The notes under the pieces: generated by a model | What the model was told of the DNA's origin: nothing | What the model saw: only the letters and a program-made list of their open reading frames with translations | Databases searched by the model: none | Source of the DNA: Lama guanicoe | Lineage: Eukaryota | Direction of reading: 5' to 3' | DNA length: 64,000 nt | Assembly (NCBI GenBank): GCA_013239625.1 | Contig: MU053431.1 | Location: 124,001-188,000 of the forward strand | Part shown: positions 24,162 through 36,500 of the stretch, piece by piece | Layout: each line of letters opens with the position of its first letter | How positions within the stretch are numbered: the first letter of the stretch is position 1 | Made by a program: the position numbers and the translations under genes

Positions 24162-27052
24162 GCCTCTGGGGTTGCCCTCCTACAGCATGATGTTACCTCC
24201 CATGGGACTCATCACCTCATCTGGAAAACAGATACTGACAGCTCTCACCTCATATGGTTCTGAAGGATCAAGTGAAATAACATGTATCAGGTCCCCAGCA
24301 GGGTCGTTGCGGGTACAGGTAGAAGGGCACACCTGGTTGCCGACGTGGTCGTTCTTGTTTGGCTTTTTAAAATCCCAGGTGCACAACCTCACCTCACTCA
24401 AGTGTCTGTTCCACGTCCGTGGTCCACTCAGGACCCTTCCGGTCAGACTGCTGTCCAGCTCTCTTGATGGGCACCCGCAGCCGGGCAACACCACCTGGCC
24501 TGAGCCAGTCCTGGGCCGTGTAGGACCTTCTCCGACTGATCGCGGATTCTTCAGGACCTCTCTCACCCATGCCTGCCACTCTGTCTCAGGCCCTGTGGGG
24601 CTGGTGTGAGAGCGACCACCGGCTCCTCCCTCCCTGTGTGTCCACTCGCCTGACCTGGCCGTCGGAGCTGGCGTCTCCTCTCAGCTCTGTGCGCACGCCC
24701 TGGGGAGGGGGGTGCGGGGTGTGGAGCAGGGCGGGCCTCCCTCCTTCCCCTGAGTCTTCCCTGGTGTGGGCCCTCCTCACCTGGTGAAGACACCCTTCAT
24801 GAAGACTTGAGGGGCAAGTTACTGAGTGATACTGTGATCCCCAAGAGCACTAATATTGCCTCGTGCTTGGAAATGACCTCGGGCAGAAAAGCTGCCTGTG
24901 TTACCTGACGTCAGAAGCTGCCCGACACCGCGTGTTTGCACAGAGACCCTCCTGCTGCGCTTCCGCTCCCCCAGCGCTCTGCCTCCTTCCCACCGACTGT
25001 ACCGGGCTGGCTCTGGGTCCGCTGGGTCCCAGGTCCTCAGGACCCTCTTGTTCTGCTGAATACCAGCAGGTTCCCCGGTCTCAGCTCACCTGTCACCTCC
25101 TGCCACAGCCCTACGTGAGCATCTTACAGAAAGGCGCCTTTTCCTAATCTCTCTGCGTCGTATTACCAGGTCATAATGTCACCATCTGACAGTACCTCAC
25201 TGGTGTGTCCCCTTGTGCCCTCTGGGAGCTCTGCCGTGGGAGCAGGTCCCAGTCTGTCCTGTTTACTCATCAGTGTGTCCAGAAGACTCATCCCCGAGCT
25301 GATGGGGCCTCGCTACTCACTTGATCAGGACCAACCAACCAACTTTGGGATGCACCTGACTGGGTAGCCCAGGTCCTCCCCTTGAGTTATCAGCTGGTGT
25401 CATCCAGGAGGGAGGCTGGACGCAAGGGCATCCTTAGAACACATGGACGGGCCTGGAGTCTCGGAGCTTTCTGGATATGTAAGTGTATTTCCTTCCTGCC
25501 CAGGCTGGTTTGATTGAGAGTTCCTGAGACTGGCTGTTGGCAGGCAGTACCCAGTGCCTGGCACAGAGCAGATGCTGGGTGTCTGAGGGCTGGAGCTGCG
25601 CCCCAGGCTCTGGGGAGACAAACAAGTCATTCTTGCTCCTGTGCAGGGACTGGCAGCAGCTGGCCGGGTCAGGGGAGTGGCCCCCACATTCGTTGTAAGG
25701 GCCACCCACTCCGAAACATCTGGGAGAAACAAAAGGCACCTCTTTTAAGCCCTAAGCACTCAGCCTCTTAGGGTGGAGAGCTCCCATCCTGAGAATGGGT
25801 GCAGAACAAAGATGTATTTCTGGAGTGCAGCTCTGAGATGTTCCCTTCTCGCTGGCAGCTCCCTGGCACCCAGTAGAGGCTAATGAAAATGCACGTTCAT
25901 CCCCGGTTCCTCATGTAACTCATTCCTTTCCAGCAGTGCAGAACGTAGTATCTTATCCCTGGATTTCAGGCAGAGACGGGCTTTGCCTTTCCAGAAAAGA
26001 GACTGCAGTGCTCGGACGTGTGTGATTGAATCTGGATGTAACTTGAGTCAACGTTTTAGGGTCAAAGTGTATTGCATCCCTACAAGCCTTGGACTTGGAG
26101 GCAAGAGCTGCCTTTCTGACGAGCTGAACAGAAGGCAAGCTAGTTAAGGCCCTTGTTGGATAAGTGACAATCGGTCATCTCTCAGAACTCCAGGAACCCG
26201 CGTAAATCAGGTGAGGCATAGAGGGCTCCGATGGAGTCTTGTCTCATGGAGCTTGACAGTCCAGCACCATGGAACTAGGACTGACAGCACCAAGCCACGA
26301 GTTATTCCTGCATAATGATGCCCTTTGAGACGAAGACAGAAGCTGTCATTACTTCATTACTGGGCTGTGTCTTATTTATTCTGGGCCTGCTCTGCAGACT
26401 CCACAAGAAAACATTTTCTTTCTCCCACATGGAGGACCGCCTCCATCAGGCAAAAATGGTCTGCTTCCAATCAGAGAGCTCACAAATCAGTTACTACCCC
26501 CAGGGCGGTGAAAACTCCCAGAGGTCATCGGAGGCTGCGCCGAGGGAAGGCGTCTGACTTACCTCTCCTTGGTGCATCAGCTCCGAGCATCTGCACTTTC
26601 ACAGTAGCCTCGCTGGTGGGGCTTTCACCTTTTCCCGAGAAGGGGCTCCTTCTGATTTCCCTGAAGTCTCATGACTGTGGATGAGAAACTTCAGAGATCC
26701 GCCAGCCAAGGGCACCGCCTCTGGGTCCTCCTGAGAGGAGACTGTGGCAGCAGGGAGCGCCGTGGGAGATACGCATGGTGCTGGTGATGCCTGGGGACCT
26801 GGCCATGGCAGGGCTGGCTTCCTACCCATCCTTCCGGGGCCCCCTTAACACGGACGTGCCATTTGGCTTCTCATTCCTCCAGGTGGTCTCAGTGTGTGAG
26901 GGGATGTCACAGGCATGTAGATACCCAGGCTGTGCATCTTGTCAGCGAGACAAACTGAGCAGTTCTTAGGGGAGTGTTTTAGGAGAGCAGTGGGGAGGGC
27001 TGGCTGTCCTGGTACGGGAAGCGTGCGGTTAAGGTGTGAAGGAAAAGCCCAG

Positions 27053-27289
27053 CTGGGCTAACAAGATAACTCACAAATCTAAATGTAACAAGTGTCAGAT
27101 TACTGATCTGAGTTCTGCTGGGCTAACTCATAAATCTGAAGTTTAGTGTCAGTCTATTGGGCTAACGAGCTAAGTCACAAATCTAAGTGTGATAAGTGTC
27201 GGTTTACTGATATAAGTTCTGCCGGGTTAACTTGTAAATCTAAAGTTTAGTGTCAGTTTACTGGGCTAACAAGCTAACTCGTAAATCCA
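27053..27289 (+). repeat. 104-bp tandem repeat in LTR U3, at least 2.3 copies, running into the gap
   Basis: Units start at 27053, 27157 and 27261 (ytgggctaac.ag.taa.tc..aaatc). Confidence 0.9.
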
Positions 27290-27350
27290 NNNNNNNNNNN
27301 NNNNNNNNNNNNNNNNNNNNNNNNNNNNNNNNNNNNNNNNNNNNNNNNNN
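27290..27350. other. Assembly gap (61 N)
   Basis: Run of N in the sequence. Confidence 1.
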
Positions 27351-27599
27351 TATTGGCTAACCATACTTGTAATTAACCCTATAAAACCTCATATGCACAT
27401 CTTGGAGGTGCTCAGAGCTTCGGAGCAGAAGCCCCTCTGAGCCCGCCAGCGTAATAAATCTGAGTACTCCAACCCTCCCAGTGGTGCTTGTTTCTTGGCT
27501 GGCCTGTCATTTCCGTAACAAAGGAGCAGAGGGGCTCCTCCCAGACTGGCTGCTGCCTGCCTGCTTCTGCCTCTCCCGGCTGGGGCCTTGATGCCTTTG

Positions 27600-27906
27600 T
27601 CCTTCCAGAGCAGACTGGGTTAGAAACCACAAACGGTCTTTCTAACCCTTCTGAAGTCTGCAGAGTTGAAGATCGAGGTGCCTGCAGATTTGGTGTCTGG
27701 TGAGAACCCCCCTCCTGGTTCATAGATGACTGTCTTTTTGCTGTGTCCTCACGTGTAGGAAGGAGTTTGGGAGCTCTGTGGGGTCTCTTTTATAAGGGCG
27801 CTAATCCCATTCGTGGAGGCTTGAACTAATCACTCCCAAAGTTCTCACCTCTGCATGCATCGCCTTAGGGGTCAGAATTTCAACATAGGAATTTCAGACC
27901 ATAGCA
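27600..27906 (-). mobile_element. MaLR LTR (MLT1A/MST-like)
   Basis: cagatttggtgtctggtgag...gtctcttttataagggcgctaatcccattc...ttcagaccatagca. Confidence 0.8.
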
Positions 27907-29905
27907 CCTGGAAATGCTGGCTCTACCTGTCTCAGTTTCCCATCTGTGGATGGGGCGAAGACACTGCCTACATCCTAGGGCTGTTGTGGGGAGCCAATAA
28001 TTAAACACATATAAGATGCAGGTTGCCGGGCACAGTCAGAAATGCCAGCCTTAGCTTTTCATAGGTCATTGGACTGAAATGTTGAATCGAAGTCTTGACA
28101 GAGGAGAATAAAAACACTCCCATTTTAGGACCCATTCTGTTGTTGCTGGACACTAAAAATGAATGTGCATTTTATCTCCAGGGGTAATTCAAGCCCACGG
28201 GAAATTACAACTTGACTTTACCCAAATTTTGCACTTCCTCTATGTCTTAAGGAATAATCCACTTGAATACAGTGGGGTCCTCTTCGCAAGTGAGCCCTTG
28301 CCCTAGACAGAGCTTATGGCTTAGAAATTCTTAGTCCAACCTGGTCCAGCTTCTCCCTTGGAGAGTCCAGAGGGTAGAGAGTAAATGAATCTTGCAGACA
28401 GCTTGCAATCTTTGTGATCTAGTAAACTCAGTGGTTTCTTAGAATGGTTTCTGCACCAGAATCTGGGATGCTGGATTTAATGACAGTCCTGGCAAGAAGA
28501 AGCACTGATTTCTTTTAGAGACAGCTTCCAGCATGTCCCTTGAGGGCTGGCTGGTGATGACATACAGAGTAGGTTCGTCTCTGTTGGGAGAAGGCTGGAG
28601 CAGCATTAACTTAAAAACAAACAGTAACAACGCACCTTCAAGATCCAAGATGCCAGCTGGGCGCAGTGGAGCATGTAAGGGGTTTCAGAGTTCAGACGTC
28701 GGAGATTTAGGCTCATCTTAGTGAAAACTCACCCAGCTCAGTCCTGCTTAGTGGGAACCTTGAGAAGGTCACACCTTAAGAACTGCTGACATGCTTATTC
28801 CAAATTTCAAAGCTATGGGTCGTATCCCAGGAACCCAGGACTGCAGTGACCTGGCACTTTGGGCTCAGATACCTGGGAGGCGTTACTGAGGGGTGGAGAA
28901 AGCCAGGACAATGGAGCGGGAGCTGGGTGCTGAAATGCAGATGTGAGAACCTGGTCCAGCGAAGGAAAAGGACAGAAGGGGGCGATTAGGGGAGTGGATC
29001 CCAAGGCAAACGCCAGCTGGGCTTTGGAAGCGGTAGAAATCGAGATGACGGTTTACCTGTTCCCTGGTGATTCTATTTTTCACAGAAAAAGATGAAATAC
29101 AGTCATTGCTTGGGAATTTTGACTGAGATTGGGCTTGTCTGTCTGGGAAGGGAGCCCATTGGAGGGAGAGGGTGTTGGGAAGGAGAGGGAGGTGGTTTTA
29201 TTTCTTCCGATAGAGCTGCTTTCATCAAGCCTACAATTTCAGGGGTTTTCTGAGTAGATAAGAATGGCTTGTGGTTAACATATTAATTGTCAGGGGCTCT
29301 GGAAGACTTGAGGGTAATGCTTGTACAAAGGACAGGAGTGGTTTCAGCATTGCTTCACCTAAATTGCTCCTATCTTAAACTGGCTTAGCCAGACCCCTCT
29401 TTGCACAGAGGTTAACTCCCTGGCCTGCAGGTGCGGGTCATCACAGTCCGAATGCAGCGGTTTCTGTGTAATATTTGCCTCTGGGTGACCCTGTGGAAAC
29501 AGCTAAAAATAGGGACCTTTGGAGAGAGAAACCATCAACTGGGGAAGCTAAGGACTGGGGGTGACCTTGAAGCCCAGGAAGGTAAGTTTTCCTGAGGCTC
29601 AGGTGCCTGGGAGCCTGGGAGGAATTTCCAAGAAGTTAATTCTGCAGAGCTCTGAAGTCATTTGTGCTGTTACGCATTTAACTGCTGCCGCCGTGAAGAA
29701 GCATCTCCTTACGGAAAATAACCATAACCAGCGTTCGCAATGGCGGCTGCAGTTGTGCCAGCCCCTTTGCGCGTGTGATCTGCACGCACCCTGGGAGCAG
29801 AGAGAACAGGTTTTATTGCTGGGAAACTGAGACGGGGAAGACTCTGACTCTGTCCAGCGCCCGGAGCCCCCGTCCCTCATGGCGCAGTCAGTTCCCGTTT
29901 TCCAG

Positions 29906-30346
29906 TGTCGCCTGAAAGAAAAACACACGTGAGAACTGTGAATGCAAGTTTTATCCAGGGTCTTATGAGGACTGTAGCCCGGGAGACCATCACTTAGCAG
30001 CTCTGAGCAAACTGCTCTGAAGAGGTAGGGGAGGAGCCAGTCAGCAGGGATCCTGCAGTCAAGCATAGTCTTGGTAAAAGATTTCTGCTGGTCACAAAGC
30101 ACAGATTAAGTTAATGATTTTAGTGCTTCTCTGTGTGTGGTAATATGCAGAATCCGGGGTCATTGAAGTTCTTCCTGAGATTTACATTTCAACTGTCTAG
30201 AGACTGTTTATCCAAAGCACTGAGTGTCTCCTCTGGCCTGCCATCCGGAGTCTCCCTCAGGGCTCGCCTCCGTTGGCGGGCGAGGGCCGGGGGTCAACCC
30301 TTTGTGTGACAGGTGGTGAGCCACATTCCTTGTTCCTCTGTTTACA
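29906..30346 (-). mobile_element. MER41-like ERV1 solo LTR (cetartiodactyl type)
   Basis: TG...CA ends; gaggactgtagcccgggaga...agctctgagcaaactgctctgaagaggtaggggaggagccag...aagttaatgattttagtgcttctct resembles the MER41 family. Confidence 0.75.
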
Positions 30347-31071
30347 TCACACTCTGTAGACCATGGTACTTAGTGGGGAAACCTCCATTGTCCAAATCTA
30401 GAAAGCACAGCAAATAAGAGAGGTGTTTCGCTTACCAGAAATATTTTCTCCTCTTCTCAAAAGAATTCCCCGTGAGTCTCTTCAAATAAAAATAATATGT
30501 TACATGTTGTCATTCAATTTACAGAAATGTGGCTTGAGTTTTCAGAGCAGTCCATGTGGCAGGTGGAGCACGTCTAAGAGAAGGAAGCTCAGGCCCGCTC
30601 AGGTAGAGTTGCCTCGGGCCCCTCAGGCCCCTCGGCCTCCCTGTGCCGGCAGCTCAGGCCTGAGGCCGTTGTGGGTTTAAAGCCCTTGTCTGTCTGGTTC
30701 CTGGCCTGCCCCCCACTGCTGGAGGCTCAGCAAACTCGGATTCACAAACCTCACTGTTGGCAAATGCTAATGTGGCCCTACTGCTCCCGTCCTGCTTTCA
30801 GCAGCTCTCTTAAAAAGCCAGACAGATGAAGGTGCTTCTGAAACTGACTCTCCAGGTTTTAGTTTTAAGGATCACTTGCTGTTTGTGTACACACACACAC
30901 ACACACACAGACTTTCCCCAGGTAAACAAACAAACATAAGGCCATCTTCTTAATTGCCTGAGCAAATCTGAGATCCTTCTGGTGAATCCTTCTGTCAATA
31001 ATCCTCTGCCACATCAATATTCAGTCTCTTCTCTCTGGCTGGTCTGCTGAGAATCCACCTTTGTTAAACCT

Positions 31072-31288
31072 ACAGTAATGACTTTCAGCTGGGGGTGAGT
31101 TTTCCCCCTTCTCAGGGACACTTGGCAATGTCAGGTGACATTTTTGGTTGCCACACCTGCGGGGCATGCTTCTGGCCTCTGGTGGGCGGAGTCCAGGGAC
31201 GCTGCCAAACCCTGTTCAATGCCCGGGACAGCCCCCCATGGGGAATGGTCCACCCCCGTGTCGTAGTGCCGAGGCTGAGAAGCACTTA
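31072..31288 (+). mobile_element. MER20 (hAT)
   Basis: cagggacacttggcaatgtcaggtgacatttttggttgccaca...tagtgccgaggctgagaa. Confidence 0.85.
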
Positions 31289-34200
31289 ACTGCAGGGGAG
31301 CGCTGCATGCGGGTGGACTAACCAGTGGTTAGTTCTTCTGGAGAGCCCTGGTCCAACATTTGTGGCTAGCATTGGGGCCTTTCTTTGGGGAACTGGAAAA
31401 GGAGAAACACACCCATGCAGAATGATACAAACTCATTTTGTGAATCTTGCCTTATTGAGAACAACAAAAGACAGTATTGGCCATGGAAACTTCATTTGAA
31501 CTAAATAGTACGGCTGGTAAACATGGCACCATGACTTCCAAATTACAATCCTTCAAGTTGGTCATTCCCCGAGCAGCCAGGCTGGCGAAGGGCGCCCCTC
31601 TGATGGTGTCCTGATCATGGCTGAGTTCCAGGTGGGGAGAATGATCTGGTCTTTTCTGAAACACTTTCCCTCCTGTTCTTAAGAGATTGCATTGAAGAGA
31701 GACACGTGCTGTTTTTGGTGCTATTAATAGTTTTCCATTTGTGATATCGCCCGCCTCCCCAGAGAAACACAGCATTTCAATCACTGCGTTACTACCAAGC
31801 TCTTGCTGGATAGATGGACATGTTAAAATGGAGAGGTTGGAAGTGTCTGCCTGTGCAGGGGGCATGAGGAAGGGGGTGTGTTAATTTAACATCAGGATGG
31901 CACTTGCATAGGAGAAAAAGTCATTGGAAGAAGCAAAAGGCTTCTCTGGCTCGCGAAAATATTAAATATAATTTGCCACATGATGCACGAGCTATGTTTA
32001 GCTGGATGTTGGAAAGGGTGGAAGAAGGATCTGTTTAAATACAGGTCTGGACAGCTTGTCACACACAAACGCGTCACACTGCACGTACACATACCTCTGC
32101 AAGTTAAAGGAGAACCAGCCGCCCTCTGACGGCTCCCTTACGTGGAGGCTTCCACGCCTGTTTCCATCCCAGAAACCCTGAGCACAGCAATTCTCGTTAA
32201 CGCGGATTCTAATGGGAGATGCTTGTCTGTACTGTACCGCTCACTTGTTTCTTCTGCTTGCCTGAGACGGCCGTTTACAACAGCAAGTGCAATAGCATCT
32301 TTGAGCTTTTTAATTAAAAATTAATTAGGAGATTTAAGAACAAACTCATTGGGGGTTACTGTACAGTAACACGCTTACAGAATTAGGTCGGGCTTTTTGT
32401 TCCAGCCAAGTGTTTCCATCAATTCTCCGTCTGTTAAACGTAATTACGTATGATGCTTCCTCAAAATTATAATGTAGCATTTAAAAAGCAGCTGGGAAAA
32501 GTCTATAATTTCACGTTTGGAATTAGGGTAACCATTAAAATGCAAATAAAGGTGATGGTGGTTGTTTGGTCGGCTGTTTGGGGAGAGGGCAGGAATCTTG
32601 GAGACGGTTTCAGCCACAGGGTTCATTTGGGATGACCTCTCTCTCGTGGTCTTACCTTCTTCCTTGGGTTGGGATGCTTCCCCGGGGAACGCCAGCAGAA
32701 GCTAGACTGCGTGATGCAGAGTAACGAGAGCGGTGAGCGGGAGGGGGGAGTGCTCTCGCACACGACCTGGGGTGTGTCTTAGCACCGATCGCTTTTTAAT
32801 GAGAGGTATTCATTGATTAAGTGTTTGCTTTGGATTTTGGATTTTGGACTTTGTTCCTTGAAATGCGTGTGCTTCTGGAATACTCTCTGTCCTCTCAGTT
32901 CAGAAATGGCACTTTTAGACCCTTGGGAGGCAGGTTCTATATTCCTTTTCTGCTTGCGTATCTCACGGACAAGGCAGTTGCTCAGTGCGGGCTTTCACGT
33001 CCACGTGGGCAGGGCTGTGGCTTCAGGACACGGCGTTTCTTTCTCACCCCCTTGTGCCCAGAGCTCTGAGGTGGGGGCTTAACCTGGTGCGGTGCACGGA
33101 CTCCCACCTGCTTGATGACTTTTGTTCGGTGCATAGAAGTGTGTCATATCTCAAAATTATGTGAAACACCTAAGAATTAGTGCCTCAGAGAAGAATGCCA
33201 GGGTCCGGTCCTGCTGCCATCTCCCTTCTCCAGACCCCCCGGAGGCTTTGGAGAGGTCAGTCCACACCCACAGAACAGACACTCGCCGTCGTGGGGCCCC
33301 GCAGCGGATGGTGAAATCAAACCTGGATCAGAGGCATCTCTGCGCAGTGAGGGAAACAGAGATGCCAGGTCCCTGCTGAGCATCCAGTGGCCCCTGGTCA
33401 GTTACGGCGGGCGCGCCCGGGAGAGCCCTTCTCCTTGCCGGACCTGCAGCCCAGCGCTGGCCTCTGTTTTCAGGTGGTGGGGGATGCCCTGTCGGGCGGC
33501 CCCTGGCCTGCTGTGCGTCAGACTGATTGAGTGAATTGCCAGAACCTGCTTTGTAAGTGCGGTCCTTAGACAGGTGTGCTGTAGCGGAGGAATCCAGCTC
33601 TTCCCCATGATTCTTCTTTCGTAATTGTGTTTTTGGAGCGTGTTTCTTAATGAGAGATGTGCGGGGATCTGTGAAGAGTGGTGTTTACTGCTCTGATACT
33701 GATCCTGGCCTGTGATGTGGCTGCAGACGGTGCCAGTAAAAGGAAAGTGTGTGTGTCTACCTGGGACCTGCCTCCAGACTGCATTCGTTTGCCTTTCCAA
33801 GAGAGGGCGGCTTCTCTTCCCTCTCCTGCTTTCTCCCGGTCTCCACAGTGACCCCTGAGTCCCTGGGAGGGGTTTCAAAGACGGGGCTCTCTTGCTATGT
33901 TTATATAGTATTTGGGGGTTATTAAAAAGGTATAATTAGTTTCCAAGGCTTTGCAGGGCCAAATGCGAGTTAGTGGAGTGATCTTCTTTTTGTTTCTTTC
34001 CTCAAGAGTAGAGTTGAAAATTCAGATTAAAAACTTTGGGGCATTTCCCCACCGTGCATCCTGATGGCCAGATTTCAGCTCCGAGATGATACTCATCACA
34101 TAGGCCTGAACAGAAGAACAATTTTTCTAAAAATCATTCCTCAGAAAGTGGGAGTCACTTTGTGTTTGAGTTTTTAAATGCCTTTCATTTCATATGGGTC

Positions 34201-35064
34201 TCTCTTTATTTTGAATGACGAAGTTTTGGCTGTGGAAGACCCCTTAGGCTGAAAGAACCTCATCAGCTCCAGCTCGGGATGCTTGTAGCGGGAACACGTC
34301 AGGACTGCCTTGGGAATTTTTTTTTTTTTTACAGCCATCAGGAACATTTGGACAGATCTGGTAATTATTCCCTAGGGTGGGGCTCCACATTTCTAAGCAC
34401 TGTGTATTCACAAGCCTTTTGAGAACCATTTTAAACAGAAAAGCAAGGATTAGTTGTTCTGGAGATAATTGATGTACAAAAAAAAAAAAATAAAGGAAAC
34501 ACTCCATCCTCATCTTGTATAAATGGGGGTTCGGCTTGGGAAGCAGCTTCCAGAAACACACTTGCACGTGGAGTCAGAAAGCGCTTAACTGCCAGCACTG
34601 ACATGAAAGCCAACGTGCTGTCCTCTGGGAGGGTGTCGGGTGATCCCGATGGCGGCCCCGGAGGTGGCAGACACAGACGTCAGAGATGTGCCGAGTCTCA
34701 GTAAACTGTCTTATCGAATGAGACGAGTGAACGTTTCCAAATTAATCTCTATTTGATGCAAGTATGCATGTATGCCTAATCTAGCGGCTGAAATACTGTT
34801 AATAGATACTGGGCTTTTACATCTGACCCCAGGAGTTTTGCATCCAGGTTGGTCAGAGTACATTGGTAGAAAAATGGGGGGTCCCTTATATTAGGACATG
34901 TGTGTTTCTATTCGTGTTGCTGCCAAAACCTGGGACCAGGATCAGGGATGGGAAATGACCGGTGGGGGCAGAAGAACTGGTCATTGTTGTACACCTTGCA
35001 CTGTGCATGGCCAGGGACCGTCCAGAATCCTGATTTAAGTCAACAAATCTTTGCGTGTGTGGTA

Positions 35065-35227
35065 GAGCTCTCATTGCTCAGTAACATCAGGGTGGCTTGT
35101 GGGGTTTACTAAAAATAAGGATTTTTGGTCATCATCTCCCAGGGGACTGGAGTGGGACCAGGATCTGAACCTGGAACATACATTCCTGTTTAACTTTGAT
35201 GGGAGGTTCCCACTTTGAGAAACCTGG
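35065..35227. mobile_element. Degenerate MER5-type hAT element
   Basis: Ends cccactttgagaaacctg; internal ggagtgggaccaggatctg. Confidence 0.45.
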
Positions 35228-35376
35228 GTCCTGGGGTCCTGAGGAAGTAGCCATCAGGCTGAGGCCTGGGGAGGGTTCTACGAGGTGGTGTGCATGTGAA
35301 GTTCCAGCTCTGAGAGGAGGCCTGGGTGACGGAATGCCACCAGAAGTCGTGGTAAAGGGTGTAGACTTGTATGTGT

Positions 35377-36050
35377 GTGACGAAGATTAATGTTACCCAA
35401 AGAGAGGTCTGGCTGGGACCTTGGCTTCAGGGAGGTAACCTCCAGGCCCCTGAAACATCCTGCCTGACAGGAGTGTCCTTGTTTGCTGGGCCTTTGACCA
35501 CTGGAGACTCCTACAGTGTGACTCAAGGTGGGGCCTTTGTCATATCAGCTCCTACCTCTGGGACAGTGGAGACTAAAGGTGTCCACCCCAAATTCTAGGG
35601 GGGGCTAAAATTAAAGACCAGCTATGCAGGTCGTGCATGACAGGGCCCCAGTTAGGATCCTGGACACCAGAGGCTGGGATGAGCTGCCTGGTCAGCTCTG
35701 CTCTGTGGTTACTGTCGCCCATCAAAGCTGGGAGGATGTGACGCTGTCCAGGACCCTGTGGGGAGAAGGTACCCATGAGCTTCCTCTGTGGACCCTTCCA
35801 GGCTTTGCCTCTGTCTCTTTCTGACTGGTTCTAACTTGTATCCTTTTGCTATAATAAAATGGTAATTATAAATACAGTGCTTTCCTGAGTTCTGTGAGAT
35901 GTTGTAGTGAATTATGAAACCTGGTGATATCTTGGGGACCCCTGGAGTTGTAGCTAGGTCGTCAGAAGTGAGGGAGGCCCCAGGAACCTTGAACCTGAGG
36001 CTGGCATCTGAAGCCACAGGCCAGCTTGTCAGTCTGGGAGACCAGGCCCC
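35377..36050 (+). mobile_element. MER21-family LTR
   Basis: agagaggtctggc...gggaggtaacctc...ttgtatccttttgctataataaa...tttcctgagttctgtgag...gtgaattatgaaacctg...ttggggacccc...gtcagaagtgagg. Confidence 0.75.
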
Positions 36051-36084
36051 TCCGCCTGAAGCTTGGCCAGGACCCCTGCAGTGT

Positions 36085-36500
36085 GCTTCAGCCTGGACAA
36101 GTCTCCAAAATACAGGGTTGAGAGAAAAAAGCGAGTTCTATAAAATTACACATAGTGTCCACTTATGCCAGTTCCAAAAAGAATAAAACAATGCCATGTG
36201 GCATTTATTAACTTTTACGAATATATGTGCATGAACTCTATTATATTTACATGCACGTAGAGTACACAGGTAACTGTCTGTACTGTATAATTCAGACACA
36301 AATGTGTACCTTACTCATGCCCAGTTCTGTGCTGTTGCTGCAGTGTGGGTCTAAGACACACACCACTGTCACCGCAGCGGCTGCCCCTGGGGCCAGGATG
36401 AGAAAGCCAAAACAACACATGGTTAATGTTTGTTGGTTACGGGGCGTGATACTGGGTGCCAGTGCTGTTATTCTGTGTGTTTTCCTGTATTTTAAGTTAA
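36085..36500 (+). mobile_element. Old L1ME-type 3' fragments
   Basis: tggacaagtctccaaaatacagggttgagagaaaaaagc and tattctgtgtgttttcctgtatttt. Confidence 0.45.

Larger units (their letters stand above)
27035..27520 (+). mobile_element. Young ERV1 (gammaretrovirus-type) solo LTR
   Basis: TG...CA termini, perfect 4-bp TSD AAGG (27031-27034 and 27521-27524), ATTGG box at 27352, TATAAAA at 27380-27386, AATAAA at 27453-27458, tandem repeats in U3. Confidence 0.9.

Noticed and set aside
27053..27289. Regularly spaced ctgggctaac motifs as a CRISPR-like array
   Set aside because: The intervening sequences are themselves repeated with a 104-bp period rather than unique spacers. The array lies inside an LTR and no cas genes are present.
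29431..29581. Plus-strand exon candidate (ctgcag| ... AAG|gtaagt) with one open frame
   Set aside because: Peptide unrecognised, no partner exons found, and consensus donors are expected by chance at this scale.
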